The translations under genes and the position numbers were made by a program. From Octopus bimaculoides (Eukaryota), in NCBI RefSeq assembly GCF_001194135.2, contig NC_068989.1:73486485-73550484 (forward strand): a stretch of 64,000 nucleotides of DNA, in the 5' to 3' direction. This document shows positions 61,700-64,000 of this stretch, piece by piece (position 1 is the first letter of the stretch; each line of letters opens with the position of its first letter). Below the pieces are notes generated by a model. The model searched no databases and was not told the DNA's origin. It saw only the letters and a program-made list of their open reading frames with translations.

Positions 61700-62285
61700 C
61701 ACTACCATCACCATCACCATCACCATCATCATCATCATCATCATCATCATCATTCTGTACTAGTGTGGGTTGGACAATCTGACAGGAGCTATCAAGCTGG
61801 AGAGCTGCACCAGGCTCCAACTCTCTGTTTTGACCCGGTTTCTATGGCTGGACATCCTTCTCAGTGCCAACAACTTTACAGACTGTACTGGATGCCTTTT
61901 ATGTGACACCAACATGGCTGCTTTTTCATGGCACCAGCATGAATGCATTTTTACATGTGTGTGCTAGTACCTCCAACATATACACACATGTATATGCAAA
62001 TGTGTGTGTGTGTGTGTGTGTGTGTCTATATAAATATGATATATACATACATACATACATACATACATACATACATACATACATACATGCATAGAGAATA
62101 ATCTTTTAAAGACAAATTCTGCAGAGTGGTTGGTGTTATAAAGTGCATCCAGCCATAAAATCTATGTCAAAACAGATACTGTAGTCTGGTGTAGTCTTCT
62201 AACTGGCTGGCTCCTGTCACACCGTCCAACCCATGGCAGCATGGATGGCGGGCATTAAACGATGATGATGATGATGGTGATGATG
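61700..62285. mobile_element. Two RTE 3'-tail elements in inverted orientation around a microsatellite
   Basis: About 61700-61935 (-) and about 62110-62285 (+). Confidence 0.7.
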
Positions 62286-63480
62286 ATACTGTGTGCAGCT
62301 CTACATTTTGTAATTTATTTTTTGTTACTTATCTGAAGTAGGATCTAATTCAGTCTAGTTTAGTTTAATCTAATAACTTTCCTTTCTTGCTTTTTCTTTT
62401 TAAATTTTACTTTCTCATATTTTTTTTGTTTTTTTTTCTCTAAATACATTTATTTGTGCAACACTAACTCACTCAATTCCCTTGCTAATTTTCTGTGAAT
62501 TAGATTTTAAATGAATTGAAATTGAATTGAGCTGGAGTTTGCATTATTATTTTTGATGATGTTATTGTTGTTTGATGTTATTGCTATTGCTGGTGTTGTC
62601 ATCCTTGGTATTGTTCTTGTTCTTATCTAGCATTAGACTTGCAATCAAAGGCATTCCAGCCATGATCAACCATGTGCAACTGACCCAGAACTGCCTCGTC
62701 TTAGGCTTCATTTTTACTTCTAAAAGGTTGTGTGGTGGATGGAAAGATTTGAGCGATTTGGTTGTTTTTCCTTGCAGCTTCAGCAACCATGTAGAGGTTC
62801 TCTTGTGAGCTTGGAAATTTTATTCTATTTTATAACAGATAGGTCTATTATTAACAATGCATGGTTTGCTTCTGGTGGGGATTTACCATTATAGAAGAGA
62901 GAATCTCTTTTAGGTTAAACTATGCCAAGTTCAAGAAGATGCATCATTTTATTTCTAATTTTAAAATTTTAATTAATTTTTTTTTCCATACAATACAAGA
63001 ATATTCTTGAAGGTTTTAGTTATCAGTTGTCAATTATAGTACTATTTCATCCTCCTTTGGAGTCATCAGCATAGCATAACTCAAGACACAAATTACTTAG
63101 GATAAATTTAACATTCTATAAGCAAGAGAGAGAAAATAGAAAAAGTAGAAAGAGAGGGACTTCTTACATGCAGTTGAAATATTTCCTGGGCAATCATTCT
63201 TCTCAGATGCAGATAAAGATTTCTGGCTGCTATTTCATATTGTGCTATTCATTGGGATTATTTAAAATATGCATATATTCTTCCTGTTCATCTCACTGCA
63301 ACTCTTGCCTCCAATTTTTGAGGATAATCATAGAAAAGCAACAGAGCATTTCCGACATGTGGTTTTGCTTCTGGTGATGATTTACCATTATTAAAGGGGA
63401 GAGAATCTCTTCTAATATTAGCAGTCATCCTTTTATTATCTGATTGATCTATCAGTCCGTCTGTTTGTCTGTATCATATT

Positions 63481-63512
<32 letters not shown>

Positions 63513-63514
63513 GT

Positions 63515-63950
63515 TCTTTTATTCTTTTGCTTGTTTCAGTCATTTGACTGTGGGCATGCTGGAGCACTGCCTTTAGCCGAACAAATTGACCCCAAGACTT
63601 ATTCTTTGCAAGCCAAGTACTTATTCTATTGGTGTCTTTTGCTGAACCACTAAGTTATGGGGATGTAAACATCGCTTGTCCAACATCGGTTGTCAAACAA
63701 TGGTTGGGGACATACATACATACATGCATGCATGCATGCACGCACACACGCACGCACGCACACACACACGCACACACATACATACATATACGACAGGCTT
63801 ATTTCAGTTTCTGTCTACCAAATCTACTCACGGGGCTTTAGTTGGCCCAAGGCTATAGTAGAAGACACTTGCCCATGCCATGCAGTGGGACTGAACCTGG
63901 AACCATGTGGTTGGGAAGCAAACTTCTTGCCACAAAGCCACTCCTGCACC
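63515..63950 (-). mobile_element. Full-length SINE family A
   Basis: Reverse complement of 22263-22706 with an internal (CA)/(CATG)-type microsatellite. Confidence 0.85.
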
Positions 63951-64000
63951 TATATCTATATATATATATATATATATATATATAGATATATATATATATA

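Noticed and set aside
63174-63405. Frame VEIFPGQSFFSDADKDFWLLFHIVLFIGII*NMHIFF.. after a CATGCAG
   Set aside because: Internal stop, hydrophobic bias expected from AT-rich DNA, and no donor or homology that I recognise.

Overview
AT-rich, microsatellite-dense eukaryotic non-coding DNA from a gapped draft assembly (7 N-runs, most next to microsatellites). I could not support any host protein-coding exon, rRNA or true tRNA gene. The window reads as intergenic sequence or part of a very large intron. The repeat landscape suggests a coleoid cephalopod, probably Octopus; this is inference from recalled repeat families, not a database hit. Recognisable content is almost all mobile DNA: (i) several tRNA-headed SINE families (labelled A, B, C, I, K here); (ii) many 3' ends of an RTE-clade LINE with an (ATG)n tail, two of them still carrying ORF2 sequence, plus relics of other RTE-like lineages; (iii) an R4/Dong-like reverse-transcriptase fragment at about 55.05-56.66 kb; (iv) a CR1-like 3' fragment; (v) an internally deleted mariner and a mariner MITE; (vi) five copies of a TTAA-flanked piggyBac-like MITE; (vii) three Helentron/DINE-1-like elements. 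Most track ORFs are artefacts of microsatellites, N-runs or repeats. I found no new multi-gene system. The best leads are: a non-coding element inserted in (AAT)n tracts that may use a Dong-like RT; a variable-number array of about 66-nt hairpin modules in the RTE 3' UTR; a SINE with a 48-bp target-site duplication; a (TTAGGG)4 tract inside a Helentron-like terminus; a composite direct/inverted-repeat unit at 61.0-61.56 kb; and a degraded C2H2 zinc-finger frame missed by the ORF track. Repeat boundaries were read by eye and are approximate unless a TSD or TIR is quoted.
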